Shown here: positions 45,143 through 57,479 of the stretch, one piece after another
Layout of the letters: the number at the start of each line of letters is the position of its first letter
How positions within the stretch are numbered: the first letter of the stretch is position 1
NCBI RefSeq assembly: GCF_011386835.1
Contig: NC_088807.1
Span: 1,426,001-1,490,000, forward strand
Reading direction: 5' to 3'
Origin: Chrysemys picta bellii
Lineage: Eukaryota
Length of the DNA stretch: 64,000 bases
Notes under the pieces: model-generated
What the model saw: the letters and a program-made list of their open reading frames with translations, nothing else
Databases searched by the model: none
Told to the model about the DNA's origin: nothing
Position numbers and translations under genes: made by a program

Positions 45143-48100
45143 CTAGCGCTCGGCAGCAGGGGGGGGCCCGGCTGGCTGGGGCAGGGCGCTCGGTGCGGTC
45201 CGTGGGTGCAGCAGCACGGTCTTGCCGCAGAGCCCTGCCCTCACGCCTCCCGCGGGCACCACGTAGACCTTGCCGTCGCCCGCCCGCTTGGGGCAGAAGT
45301 CGGTCAGCTGGGCGTTGCTCTCGTGTGCCTGCCGGTAGCTCCACAGCTGGGGGCGCCAGCTCTTGCCCTGCTTGGAGAGCAGGTAGATCTCCAGCACGTC
45401 CTCCGGGGCAGGCGGGGGGCAGGCTGGGCTGGGGTGGAAGAGGCCGGCGATCTCCCCGTCCTCCTGGCAGGCCGGGCTGAGGGCGCCGCCCCTGAGGCCC
45501 AGCAGGAGTCCTGCAGGAGGAGAGGAGCTAGCCAGTCTCCCCAGGGCAGTTCCATCCTGTCCGAGCCCCGCCACGCCCCTGGGATCACCGGGCCAGTGCG
45601 GGGGGCAGCCCCTCCGGACGGGTCCCCGAGAGTCGGCCCGTGCCTGGCCAGCTGCCGCCCCCTTGTGGCGAGCCTTGGAAATGCAGCCAGGCCAACTCGC
45701 CCTCCTGGTTTCTTTCTCCCTGTGCCAAGGGGCGGGTGCAGGAAGCCCGGCTCTGAGCGGGGTTGTCCCCATGCCCCAGGCCTGGGGGAGTTTGGGGGTG
45801 GACCGGGGCAGGTCGCGGTGGCTGCAGGGAGCTGCCTGGGAGCAGGGCAAACGGCCTGGGCAGGAGGGGTCGAAGCCCCGTTCTCCGCAGCCCCATCCCC
45901 CGCCCGGACGTACCTGAGACGACGGCCCAGTGGGCTCTGTAGCCGCGTCTCCTGCAGGGCTCGTGGTTGGAGTCCTCGTCGTAGCTGGGAGGGCCGTTAA
46001 GGTTTGCCAAGGGGGCTGTGGTGGGCCGGCTGGCGAGGCAGGGGCACGTGGGGAGAGCAGGCCGCCCCAGCTCCAGGCACCCGGCTCCTGCCCCTGGAGA
46101 AGTGCGCTCCCCGCAAGCGCTGACTGGGCACACATGGGGCCGCTAAACCTCTCCAACCAGAGAGGGGCTGGAGCATCAAATCTGTTGTCTGTACCTGCGG
46201 GCTCTGGACGCCACCGCAACGGCTGCCTCGGAAGGGTGGGGCACAGGGGGGCAGGCGTGGGTGGGGCATTTAACCACTGGGAGGGAGAAGGCACCTGCCC
46301 CACATTCATTCCGCCCCCCGCCCTACTGCAGCCAGGAAGAGGAGACACGAGAGATGTGACCACATCCCACCCCAGAAGTGGCCGCATCTGCCTCTAAAAG
46401 GACCCCACCAGGCCCGCTCTACGGGGTATCAGAACCGCGCCAGCCCTGCCCACGCGTGCAGGCTGCGGTGCGGATCCCAGGGGGTCACCGCGCAGGGAAG
46501 GATACGGCAGTAGCAGGGGGCAGCCAGCGGTCAGATGGCGAAGGATCCTGCCTCGGTTCTCTCCCTCGAGACCTCCCGAGAGCAGCTCGGCCCGGCACTG
46601 GAACAGCTCCTCGGCCAGCTGGGCCATGTCAGCCGCTGGGATGGACAGGGACAGGAATTCAAGCTGCCCCAGGGCCCACCCCCAGCAGCGCAGCCCGAGC
46701 TCGGCTCATGGCCCCTGGCTTCCGGCTCCCCTAAGCAGCGCTCCGAAGACGCGCCGCCCATCCGCCACGGGCTCTGCAGCCTAGCAAAGGGCGGACATGA
46801 CCCAGCGCCTGGGAGGTGAAGCTGGATAAATTCAGACAGGAAACGGGCACAGATTTGTAACAGGAGGGGAAGGAACCATTGGAACGATTTCCCGAGGGCC
46901 GCGGCGGGTTCTCCGGCACTGGAGCTGTTGAAATCAAGCTGGGCTGTTTTTCGGAAAGCTCCTATTCACACGGGAGTGAATTCAGGCAAGGCCCGTGTTC
47001 TGCGGGAGGTCGGACCAGCTGCTCCCAACGGTCCCTGCCGGCCTGAGACTCCCCCCAGTGAGAGAACACACAACGCTGGCCCCTGGCCCCGTGGCATTTA
47101 TACAGGCCGGGCTCACTGGGACCTGCACTCAGGATTTTATCAGCAGCCCAACGAGAGCTGGTGTTTTTCCTGACAAAGCTCCACCTCCTGGAGTCCCGGG
47201 ATTCCACAAAATCCTCACCTTTCATTGAAAATACAAGTGTCCAGCCCTGCAGGCTGTGGAGAAAAGGTGAATCCCCGGCCCCAAGTGCTCGGTATACGCC
47301 ATGGTCTCGGACTACTCAGGGCCGGCATTAGCGAGGCTCCCGCCGCCTGCCCTGGCTTCCAGAGGAACCTTCTGCCTCGGACAGAAACCTCCAAGCGCTC
47401 ACTCCTCGCGGGAAATTAACAGCCCAGCTGCGGGGGGTTTTCACCTAAATCAAGGAGCTTGCAAGTTTTCAAGCAAACTAATCCCGCGGGGGGCACAGAA
47501 GTGGGAGCTGCTGACGTGCAGAGAGCAGGGTTCAGAGAATAAGGCTGGAAGGGACAATTAGACCATCTAGTCTGACCTCCTCTCCAGCCCAGACACCCAG
47601 CTCTCCCTGCATCGAGCCCCTCCGGGAAGGTGTCCGGTCCCGAGCAACGCTCTAAGGGCCAGAGACCGAACTCCAGCAAGGCAGGAGCAAAGCCCTCATG
47701 CCCTGCGCTACGTACCGCCTCTGGGCACGTCCTCACGCAGTCACAACCCAGACCGGGCCCTGGAGGCTCCCCCCGGGGCCCAGCCCAGCTCCCGGGGCCT
47801 AGTGCAAGGAGGGAGTTTTGAACCCCCCCAGTCACTGACCTGAGAACATTTCCCCTTGGGCGGTGTAGCCTCTCTCCAGCGCCACCTGCACGATCCTCTC
47901 CAGGGAGACGTCCTGGGACAGACTGAGGAGGGAGCCCGCCATCCACAGCGCCACCAGCCCGCACCTAGCGGGGGAGAGAAGAGACATTGCAGGGAGCCTG
48001 GGTCCCACGGGCTGAGCTCGGCCAGTCCCCCTCCCAGGGCGCTGGGTTCAGAGACGGGAGTTTCTCTGCCAGCCTTGGAACGCTTCCTTGGGTTCCTGTG

Positions 48101-51100
48101 TCCTTAGGCCTCCCCCTGCAGCCTGGGGCGCGGGTCACCGGCTGGGCTCATCTGGGCACGTCTCACTCAGTCGATTCCCTGCCATCACAGGGGCCTGGGG
48201 CAGCGGTGGCACCTCGGTGGCTCCTGTTCCCTGCCTGGGCTCACCAGAGCTTAGCCCCGAGGACTGAAATGCTTTGCTCGAACTCAACTCGCTGGGCTCA
48301 CACGTCTGTACATCCAGGAGATCAGGTGACATGAGCGAACGGGCCGTCTGGCCACAGATGCTAGCTCCAGCAAGGCCTTCATTCCTCCAGGGGAGGGGAT
48401 GGCTCGCTGAGGCTATGCCCCTTCCCCCCAGGCTGGAGTTCGGGGGAGCTCCCGCTTTGCCTGGGGGCACCTGTTTAAGATGGAAAAGGCCAGGTGTGGG
48501 GTTTTTAAAGGCAGATCCCGAGTCGGACGTTAAGTTTAGACCAACTCGTCCGCCCTTGTGCCACCTGCTCACGATCCTTTTCCCTCTGACGCAGTGAGTA
48601 ACGTTCCCCCGGCCCTTTGTGCGCTTGCCCGTAAACATCCGCACGGCTCCCTCCTCGGCCTCCTGCGCCCGCTGGGAAACGCTCCTTTGCCGGGACGCCT
48701 CCAACAGACTTCCCAGCGGTTAGGCCGCTGGTGGGCGGAGATCCCTGCCCGCCACGCCAGTGGTACAGCCTCCTTGATTCCCGTGCTCCCTGTCCGTCTG
48801 CATCGGCCGGCTCTTCTCTTAGGTCTCTGGGGCGGGGACTGTCTTTTGGGAGGTTTATACAGGACCTGGCCCAATGGGGGCTGGGTCCATGGTTGGGCTG
48901 CCAAGGTGCTACCGTAATACAGCAGCTGGCCTAGGCTGGCCACGCCTATGCTCCCCCGATGCCCAGGCACAAAAGAGCTCTTGGCAAGTGCTTGGGAGGG
49001 ATCAAGCAGGGGAAGCTGTAGATGCATGGGACTGAGACCCCTGCCCCAGCCCCCTGGGTGGCCCCAGCCCCCGGGGTAAAGCTGCCTCCGGCTGCGTTTG
49101 CCCTGACAGAGAGGAAGCGGTTGCAATACTCACTGAGGCCCCTCTTGGATTAAGGAAGGCACCGCCCTGTTGTAGAGGAGCCACTTGAAATGCCCGCTAA
49201 AGCTGGAAGACAGAACCAAGCAAACACTTACTGGCCATTTGCCGTCCAGCCCCCACCCGCCAGCACTTCCTCCTCTGCACAATGAATGAGACGCTCTCTT
49301 TAAGCAGAGGGCTGACTTCAGCTGCCTCTGGGACTGCGGCTACCTCTGGGCTGTCTGACGGCCACACGGCAATGCCCCACTATGGGACAGGAAGTGGCCC
49401 ACGGCCCTGTACCCAGTTGTCCCTGCAGAGGGAATTTAGGGAGGCAAAATGGAATTAGCTCAGTTAAGGCCTGGCCAGGACACCTGGGTTCACCACACCT
49501 GGACGTTGAGGCAAAGAGCAGAGGCTAGGAACTAGGTTTTATGTTTCTTTTAAATTATGGGCACCTCCAGCAACACAGAGACCTCTACTGTCACCCTGAG
49601 GATTAGGGTCAGGGCTGATTGTGAGGGGAGAGCACCCCGTGCAGAGCCCCCAGCCCAGCGCCCCCTAGCACCGCCCTGGGGCCAGCCCTGCCTGCCAGGG
49701 GAGAGCGCCCCCTGCTGAGCCCCCAGCCCCATAGCACAGCGCCCCCTAGTGCCGCCCTGGGGCCAGCCCTGCTTGCCAGGGGAGAGCGTCCCCACTGCCC
49801 CCGCCCCATAGCACAGCACCCCCTAGCGCCGCCCTGGGGCCAGCCCTGCCTGCCAGGGGAGAGCGTCCCCGCTGCCCCCGCCCCATAGCACAGCGCCCCC
49901 TAGTGCCGCCCTGGGGCCAGCCCTGCCTGCCAGGGGAGAGCGTCCCCTGCTGAGCCCCCAGCCCCATAGCACAGCACCCCCTAGCGCCGCCCTGGGGTCA
50001 GCCCTGCCTGCCAGGGGAGAGCGTCCCCGCTGCCCCCGCCCCATAGCACAGCGCCCCCTAGCGCCGCCCTGGGGCCAGCCCTGCCTGCCAGGGGAGAGCG
50101 TCCCCGCTGCCCCCGCCCCATAGCACAGCGCCCCCTAGCGCCGCCCTGGGGCCAGCCCTGCCTGCCAGGGGAGAGCGTCCCCACTGCCCCCGCCCCATAG
50201 CACAGCGCCCCCTAGCGCCGCCCTGGGGCCAGCCCTGCTTGCCAGGGGAGAGCGTCCCCACTGCCCCCGCCCCATAGCACAGCACCCCCTAGCGCCGCCC
50301 TGGGGCCAGCCCTGCCTGCCAGGGGAGAGCGTCCCCGCTGCCCCCGCCCCATAGCACAGCGCCCCCTAGCGCCGCCCTGGGGCCAGCCCTGCCTGCCAGG
50401 GGAGAGCGCCCCCTGCTGAGCCCCCAGCCCCATAGCACAGCGCCCCCTAGCGCCGCCCTGGGGTCAGCCCTGCCTGCCAGGGGAGAGCGCCCCCTGCTGA
50501 GCCCCCAGCCCCATAGCACAGCGCCCCCTAGTGCCGCCCTGGGGCCAGCCCTGCCTGCCAGGGGAGAGCGTCCCCGCTGCCCCCGCCCCATAGCACAGCA
50601 CCCCCTAGCGCCGCCCTGGGGCCAGCCCTGCCTGCCAGGGGAGAGCGTCCCCTGCTGAGCCCCCAGCCCCATAGCACAGCACCCCCTAGCGCCGCCCTGG
50701 GGTCAGCCCTGCCTGCCAGGGGAGAGCGTCCCCGCTGCCCCCGCCCCATAGCACAGCGCCCCCTAGCGCCGCCCTGGGGCCAGCCCTGCCTGTCAGGGGA
50801 GAGCGTCCCCGCTGCCCCCGCCCCATAGCACAGCGCCCCCTAGCGCCGCCCTGGGGCCAGCCCTGCCTGCCAGGGGAGAGCGTCCCCACTGCCCCCGCCC
50901 CATAGCACAGCGCCCCCTAGCGCCGCCCTGGGGCCAGCCCTGCTTGCCAGGGGAGAGCGTCCCCACTGCCCCCGCCCCATAGCACAGCACCCCCTAGCGC
51001 CGCCCTGGGGCCAGCCCTGCCTGCCAGGGGAGAGCGTCCCCGCTGCCCCCGCCCCATAGCACAGCGCCCCCTAGCGCCGCCCTGGGGCCAGCCCTGCCTG

Positions 51101-54100
51101 CCAGGGGAGAGCGCCCCCTGCTGAGCCCCCAGCCCCATAGCACAGCGCCCCCTAGCGCCGCCCTGGGGTCAGCCCTGCCTGCCAGGGGAGAGCGCCCCCT
51201 GCTGAGCCCCCAGCCCCATAGCACAGCGCCCCCTAGTGCCGCCCTGGGGCCAGCCCTGCCTGCCAGGGGAGAGCGTCCCCGCTGCCCCCGCCCCATAGCA
51301 CAGCACCCCCTAGCGCCGCCCTGGGGTCAGCCCTGCCTGCCAGGGGAGAGCGCCCCCTGCTGAGCCCCCAGCCCCATAGCACAGCGCCCCCTAGTGCCGC
51401 CCTGGGGCCAGCCCTGCCTGCCAGGGGAGAGCGTCCCCGCTGCCCCCGCCCCATAGCACAGCACCCCCTAGCGCCGCCCTGGGGTCAGCCCTGCCTGCCA
51501 GGGGAGAGCGCCCCCTGCTGAGCCCCCAGCCCCATAGCACAGCGCCCCCTAGTGCCGCCCTGGGGCCAGCCCTGCCTGCCAGGGGAGAGCGTCCCCACTG
51601 CCCCCGCCCCATAGCACAGCACCCCCTAGCGCCGCCCTGGGGCCAGCCCTGCCTGCCAGGGGAGAGCGCCCCCTGCTGAGCCCCCAGCCCCATAGCACAG
51701 CGCCCCCTAGTGCCGCCCTGGGGCCAGCCCTGCCTGCCAGGGGAGAGCGTCCCCGCTGCCCCCGCCCCATAGCACAGCACCCCCTAGCGCCGCCCTGGGG
51801 CCAGCCCTGCCTGCCAGGGGAGAGCGTCCCCGCTGCCCCCGCCCCATAGCACAGCGCCCCCTAGTGCCGCCCTGGGGCCAGCCCTGCCTGCCAGGGGAGA
51901 GCGTCCCCTGCTGAGCCCCCAGCCCCATAGCACAGCACCCCCTAGCGCCGCCCTGGGGTCAGCCCTGCCTGCCAGGGGAGAGCGTCCCCGCTGCCCCCGC
52001 CCCATAGCACAGCGCCCCCTAGCGCCGCCCTGGGGCCAGCCCTGCCTGCCAGGGGAGAGCGTCCCCACTGCCCCCGCCCCATAGCACAGCGCCCCCTAGC
52101 GCCGCCCTGGGGCCAGCCCTGCCTGCCAGGGGAGAGCGCCCCCTGCTGCCCCCGCCCCATAGCACAGCGCCCCCTAGTGCCGCCCTGGGGCCAGCCCTGC
52201 CTGCCAGGGGAGAGCGTCCCCGCTGCCCCCGCCCCATAGCACAGCGCCCCCTAGCGCCGCCCTGGGGCCAGCCCTGCCTGCCAGGGAGAGCGTCCCCGCT
52301 GCCCCCGCCCATAGCACAGCGCCCCCTAGCGCCGCCCTGGGGCCAGCCCTGCCTGCCAGGGGAGAGCGTCCCCGCTGCCCCCGCCCCATAGCACAGCGCC
52401 CCCTAGTGCCGCCCTGGGGCCAGCCCTGCCTGCCAGGGAGAGCGTCCCCTGCTGAGCCCCCCAGCCCCATAGCACAGCACCCCCTAGCGCCGCCCTGGGG
52501 TCAGCCCTGCCTGCCAGGGGAGAGCGTCCCCGCTGCCCCCGCCCCATAGCACAGCGCCCCCTAGCGCCGCCCTGGGGCCAGCACTGCCTGCCAGGGGAGA
52601 GCGTCCCCACTGCCCCCGCCCCATAGCACAGCGCCCCCTAGCGCCGCCCTGGGGCCAGCCCTGCCTGCCAGGGGAGAGCGTCCCCGCTGCCCCCGCCCCA
52701 TAGCACAGCGCCCCCTAGTGCCGCCCTGGGGCCAGCCCTGCCTGCCAGGGGAGAGCGTCCCCTGCTGCCCCCGCCCCATAGCACAGCGCCCCCTAGTGCC
52801 GCCCTGGGGCCAGCCCTGCCTGCCAGGGGAGAGCGTCCCCTGCTGAGCCCCCAGCCCCATAGCACAGCACCCCCTAGTGCCGCCCTGGGGCCAGCCCTGC
52901 CTGCCAGGGGAGAGCGTCCCCGCTGCCCCCGCCCCATAGCACAGCGCCCCCTAGCGCCGCCCTGGGGCCAGCCCTGCCTGCCAGGGGAGAGCGTCCCCTG
53001 CTGAGCCCCCAGCCCCATAGCACAGCACCCCCTAGTGCCGCCCTGGGGCCAGCCCTGCCTGCCAGGGGAGAGCGTCCCCTGCTGAGCCCCAGCCCCATAG
53101 CACAGCACCCCCTAGTGCCGCCCTGGGGCCAGCCCTGCCTGCCAGGGGAGAGCGTCCCCGCTGCCCCCGCCCCATAGCACAGCGCCCCCTAGCGCCGCCC
53201 TGGGGCCAGCCCTGCCTGCCAGGGGAGAGCGTCCCCGCTGCCCCCGCCCCATAGCACAGCGCCCCCTAGTGCCGCCCTGGGGCCAGCCCTGCCTGCCAGG
53301 GGAGAGCGTCCCCTGCTGCCCCCGCCCCATAGCACAGCGCCCCCTAGTGCCGCCCTGGGGCCAGCCCTGCCTGCCAGGGGAGAGCGTCCCCGCTGCCCCC
53401 GCCCCATAGCACAGCGCCCCCTAGCGCCGCCCTGGGGCCAGCCCTGCCTGCCAGGGGAGAGCGTCCCCTGCTGAGCCCCCAGCCCCATAGCACAGCACCC
53501 CCTAGTGCCGCCCTGGGGCCAGCCCTGCCTGCCAGGGAGAGCGTCCCCTGCTGCCCCCGCCCCATAGCACAGCACCCCTAGTGCCGCCCTGGGGCCAGCC
53601 CTGCCTGCCAGGGGAGAGCGTCCCCGCTGCCCCCGCCCCATAGCACAGCGCCCCCTAGCGCCGCCCTGGGGCCAGCCCTGCTGCCAGGGGAGAGCGCCCC
53701 CTGCTGAGCCCCCAGCCCCATAGCACAGCGCCCCCTAGTGCCGCCCTGGGGCCAGCCCTGCCTGCCAGGGGAGAGCGCCCCCTGCTGCCCCCGCCCCATA
53801 GCACAGCGCCCCCTAGCGCCGCCCTGGGGCCAGCCCTGCCTGCCAGGGGAGAGCGTCCCCACTGCCCCCGCCCCTTGCAGCATGGGCCCCCTAGCGCCGC
53901 CCTGGGGCCAGCCCTGCCTGCCAGGGGAGAGCGCCCCCTGCTGCCCCCGCCCCATAGCACAGCGCCCCCTAGCGCCGCCCTGGGGCCAGCCCTGCCTGCC
54001 AGGGGAGAGCGTCCCCGCTGCCCCCGCCCCATAGCACAGCGCCCCCTAGTGCCGCCCTGGGGCCAGCCCTGCCTGCCAGGGGAGAGCGTCCCCTGCTGCC

Positions 54101-57100
54101 CCCGCCCCATAGCACAGCGCCCCCTAGTGCCGCCCTGGGGCCAGCCCTGCCTGCCAGGGGAGAGCGTCCCCTGCTGAGCCCCCAGCCCCATAGCACAGCA
54201 CCCCCTAGTGCCGCCCTGGGGCCAGCCCTGCCTGCCAGGGGAGAGCGTCCCCGCTGCCCCCGCCCCATAGCACAGCGCCCCCTAGCGCCGCCCTGGGGCC
54301 AGCCCTGCCTGCCAGGGGAGAGCGTCCCCTGCTGAGCCCCCAGCCCCATAGCACAGCACCCCCTAGTGCCGCCCTGGGGCCAGCCCTGCCTGCCAGGGGA
54401 GAGCGTCCCCTGCTGAGCCCCCAGCCCCATAGCACAGCACCCCCTAGTGCCGCCCTGGGGCCAGCCCTGCCTGCCAGGGGAGAGCGTCCCCGCTGCCCCC
54501 GCCCCATAGCACAGCGCCCCCTAGCGCCGCCCTGGGGCCAGCCCTGCTGCCAGGGGAGAGCGTCCCCGCTGCCCCCGCCCCATAGCACAGCGCCCCCTAG
54601 TGCCGCCCTGGGGCCAGCCCTGCCTGCCAGGGGAGAGCGTCCCCTGCTGCCCCCGCCCCATAGCACAGCGCCCCCTAGTGCCGCCCTGGGGCCAGCCCTG
54701 CCTGCCAGGGGAGAGCGTCCCCGCTGCCCCCGCCCCATAGCACAGCGCCCCCTAGCGCCGCCCTGGGGCCAGCCCTGCCTGCCAGGGGAGAGCGCCCCCT
54801 GCTGCCCCCGCCCCATAGCACAGCGCCCCCTAGCGCCGCCCTGGGGCCAGCCCTGCCTGCCAGGGGAGAGCGTCCCCACTGCCCCCGCCCCTTGCAGCAT
54901 GGGCCCCCTAGCGCCGCCTGGGGCCAGCCCTGCCTGCCAGGGGAGAGCGTCCCCTGCTGAGCCCCCAGCCCCATAGCACAGCACCCCCTAGTGCCGCCCT
55001 GGGGCCAGCCCTGCCTGCCAGGGGAGAGCGTCCCCGCTGCCCCCGCCCCATAGCACAGCGCCCCCTAGCGCCGCCCTGGGCCAGCCCTGCCTGCCAGGGG
55101 AGAGCGTCCCCTGCTGAGCCCCCAGCCCCATAGCACAGCACCCCCTAGTGCCGCCCTGGGGCCAGCCCTGCCTGCCAGGGAGAGCGTCCCCTGCTGAGCC
55201 CCCAGCCCCATAGCACAGCACCCCCTAGTGCCGCCCTGGGGCCAGCCCTGCCTGCCAGGGGAGAGCGTCCCCGCTGCCCCCGCCCCATAGCACAGCGCCC
55301 CCTAGCGCCGCCCTGGGGCCAGCCCTGCCTGCCAGGGGAGAGCGTCCCCGCTGCCCCGCCCCATAGCACAGCGCCCCTAGTGCCGCCCTGGGGCCAGCCC
55401 TGCCTGCCAGGGGAGAGCGTCCCCTGCTGCCCCCGCCCCATAGCACAGCGCCCCCTAGTGCCGCCCTGGGGCCAGCCCTGCCTGCCAGGGGAGAGCGTCC
55501 CCACTGCCCCGCCCCATAGCACAGCACCCCCTAGCGCCGCCCTGGGGCCAGCCCTGCCTGCCAGGGGAGAGCGTCCCCTGCTGAGCCCCCAGCCCCATAG
55601 CACAGCACCCCCTAGTGCCGCCCTGGGGCCAGCCCTGCCTGCCAGGGGAGAGCGTCCCCTGCTGAGCCCCCAGCCCCATAGCACAGCACCCCCTAGTGCC
55701 GCCCTGGGGCCAGCCCTGCCTGCCAGGGGAGAGCGTCCCCGCTGCCCCCGCCCCATAGCACAGCGCCCCCTAGCGCCGCCCTGGGGCCAGCCCTGCCTGC
55801 CAGGGGAGAGCGCCCCCTGCTGCCCCCGCCCCATAGCACAGCGCCCCCTAGCGCCGCCCTGGGGCCAGCCCTGCCTGCCAGGGGAGAGCGTCCCCTGCTG
55901 AGCCCCCAGCCCCATAGCACAGCACCCCCTAGTGCCGCCCTGGGGCCAGCCCTGCCTGCCAGGGGAGAGCGTCCCCTGCTGAGCCCCCAGCCCCATAGCA
56001 CAGCACCCCCTAGTGCCGCCCTGGGGCCAGCCCTGCCTGCCAGGGGAGAGCGTCCCCGCTGCCCCCGCCCCATAGCACAGCGCCCCCTAGCGCCGCCCTG
56101 GGGCCAGCCCTGCCTGCCAGGGGAGAGCGTCCCCGCTGCCCCCGCCCCATAGCACAGCGCCCCCTAGTGCCGCCCTGGGGCCAGCCCTGCCTGCCAGGGG
56201 AGAGCGTCCCCTGCTGCCCCCGCCCCATAGCACAGCGCCCCCTAGTGCCGCCCTGGGGCCAGCCCTGCCTGCCAGGGGAGAGCGTCCCCACTGCCCCCGC
56301 CCCATAGCACAGCACCCCCTAGCGCCGCCCTGGGGCCAGCCCTGCCTGCCAGGGGAGAGCGTCCCCTGCTGAGCCCCCAGCCCCATAGCACAGCACCCCC
56401 TAGTGCCGCCCTGGGGCCAGCCCTGCCTGCCAGGGGAGAGCGTCCCCGCTGCCCCCGCCCCATAGCACAGCACCCCCTAGCGCCGCCCTGGGGCCAGCCC
56501 TGCCTGCCAGGGGAGAGCGCCCCCTGCTGAGCCCCCAGCCCCATAGCACAGCACCCCCTAGCGCCGCCCTGGGGTCAGCCCTGCCTGCCAGGGGAGAGCG
56601 TCCCCGCTGCCCCCGCCCCATAGCACAGCGCCCCCTAGCGCCGCCCTGGGGCCAGCCCTGCTTGCCAGGGGAGAGCGTCCCCACTGCCCCCGCCCCATAG
56701 CACAGCACCCCCTAGCGCCGCCCTGGGGCCAGCCCTGCCTGCCAGGGGAGAGCGTCCCCTGCTGAGCCCCCAGCCCCATAGCACAGCGCCCCCTAGCGCC
56801 GCCCTGGGGCCAGCCCTGCCTGCCAGGGGAGAGCGCCCCCTGCTGCCCCCGCCCCATAGCACAGCGCCCCCTAGCGCCGCCCTGGGGCCAGCCCTGCCTG
56901 CCAGGGGAGAGCGTCCCCACTGCCCCCGCCCCTTGCAGCATGGGCCCCCCGGCCCCTGGGTTCTGCCCGGCGCGTCGCCCGCCCGGCCCCAGCCCCGCTC
57001 AGCGGGCGCGAGCGGCCCGGGGATCCCGGCCCGGGGCCCGACCTGGATTTCCTGCGGCTCAGCAGGTGCCGGACGTCGTCCCCGCTGCCGGGCGCCGGGG

Positions 57101-57260
57101 CCGCTCGCTCCAGCGCCGCCTTGAAGAACTTGGCCTTGTCGAGCCCGTAGGGGGGCAGCGGCCTGGGTGGGGGAGGGGGCGGTGGTGGGGCAGGTGGGGG
57201 AGGGGCAGGGCCCTGCTGGGGGGCAGGAGGGGGTGGGGGCATCCCCCCCCTGTGGGCCAT
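45143..57260 (-). CDS. ACTMAP: Actin maturation protease (C19orf54), about 320-326 aa
   Basis: Exons (minus): 57260 (or 57242)-57043, 49202-49134, 47964-47840, 46635-46506, 45984-45914, 45510-45143, with consistent phases. Motifs: poly-Pro N-terminus, PSLIQEGPQCGLVALWMA (catalytic Cys), YDEDSNHEPC...AHWAV, KQGKSW. The start codon is uncertain. Confidence 0.93.
49650..56945. repeat. 7.3-kb macro/minisatellite, 77-80 bp unit, about 93 copies, filling an ACTMAP intron
   Basis: Unit CAGCGCCCCCTAG(C/T)GCCGCCCTGGGGCCAGCCCTGCCTGCCAGGGGAGAGCG(T/C)CCCC(G/T)GCTG(CCCCCG/AGCCCCCAG)CCCCATAGCA. It shares a ~35-bp core with the 10760-11860 array. Confidence 0.97.
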
Positions 57261-57479
57261 CCCCCCCCGCCTCCGGGGTTGGGGGGCAGCAGGAGGTGAA
57301 AGGGCACAGATTAGAACCAAGGTCACCAGGGCATAGGTTAGAGGTCAGGGGTCACAGGTCAGCTCGCGGGGGTCAGGGGTCACCGCGGGGTAGGGGCGTG
57401 GCCTGGCGGGGTCGGAGGTCATGGGGCCAGGGTCGCCGCTGGGGGCGGCTCAGGGCCCCGCCCGCCCCGCGTCCGGCTC

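Noticed and set aside
47530-47600. Possible CR1 LINE 3'-end fragment (GGCTGGAAGGGAC...CATCTAGTCTGACCTCCT)
   Set aside because: Too short and diverged to support without a library search.
49550-56941. Dozens of 70-280 aa ORFs
   Set aside because: Periodic translations of the 77-80 bp satellite, with no unique coding content.
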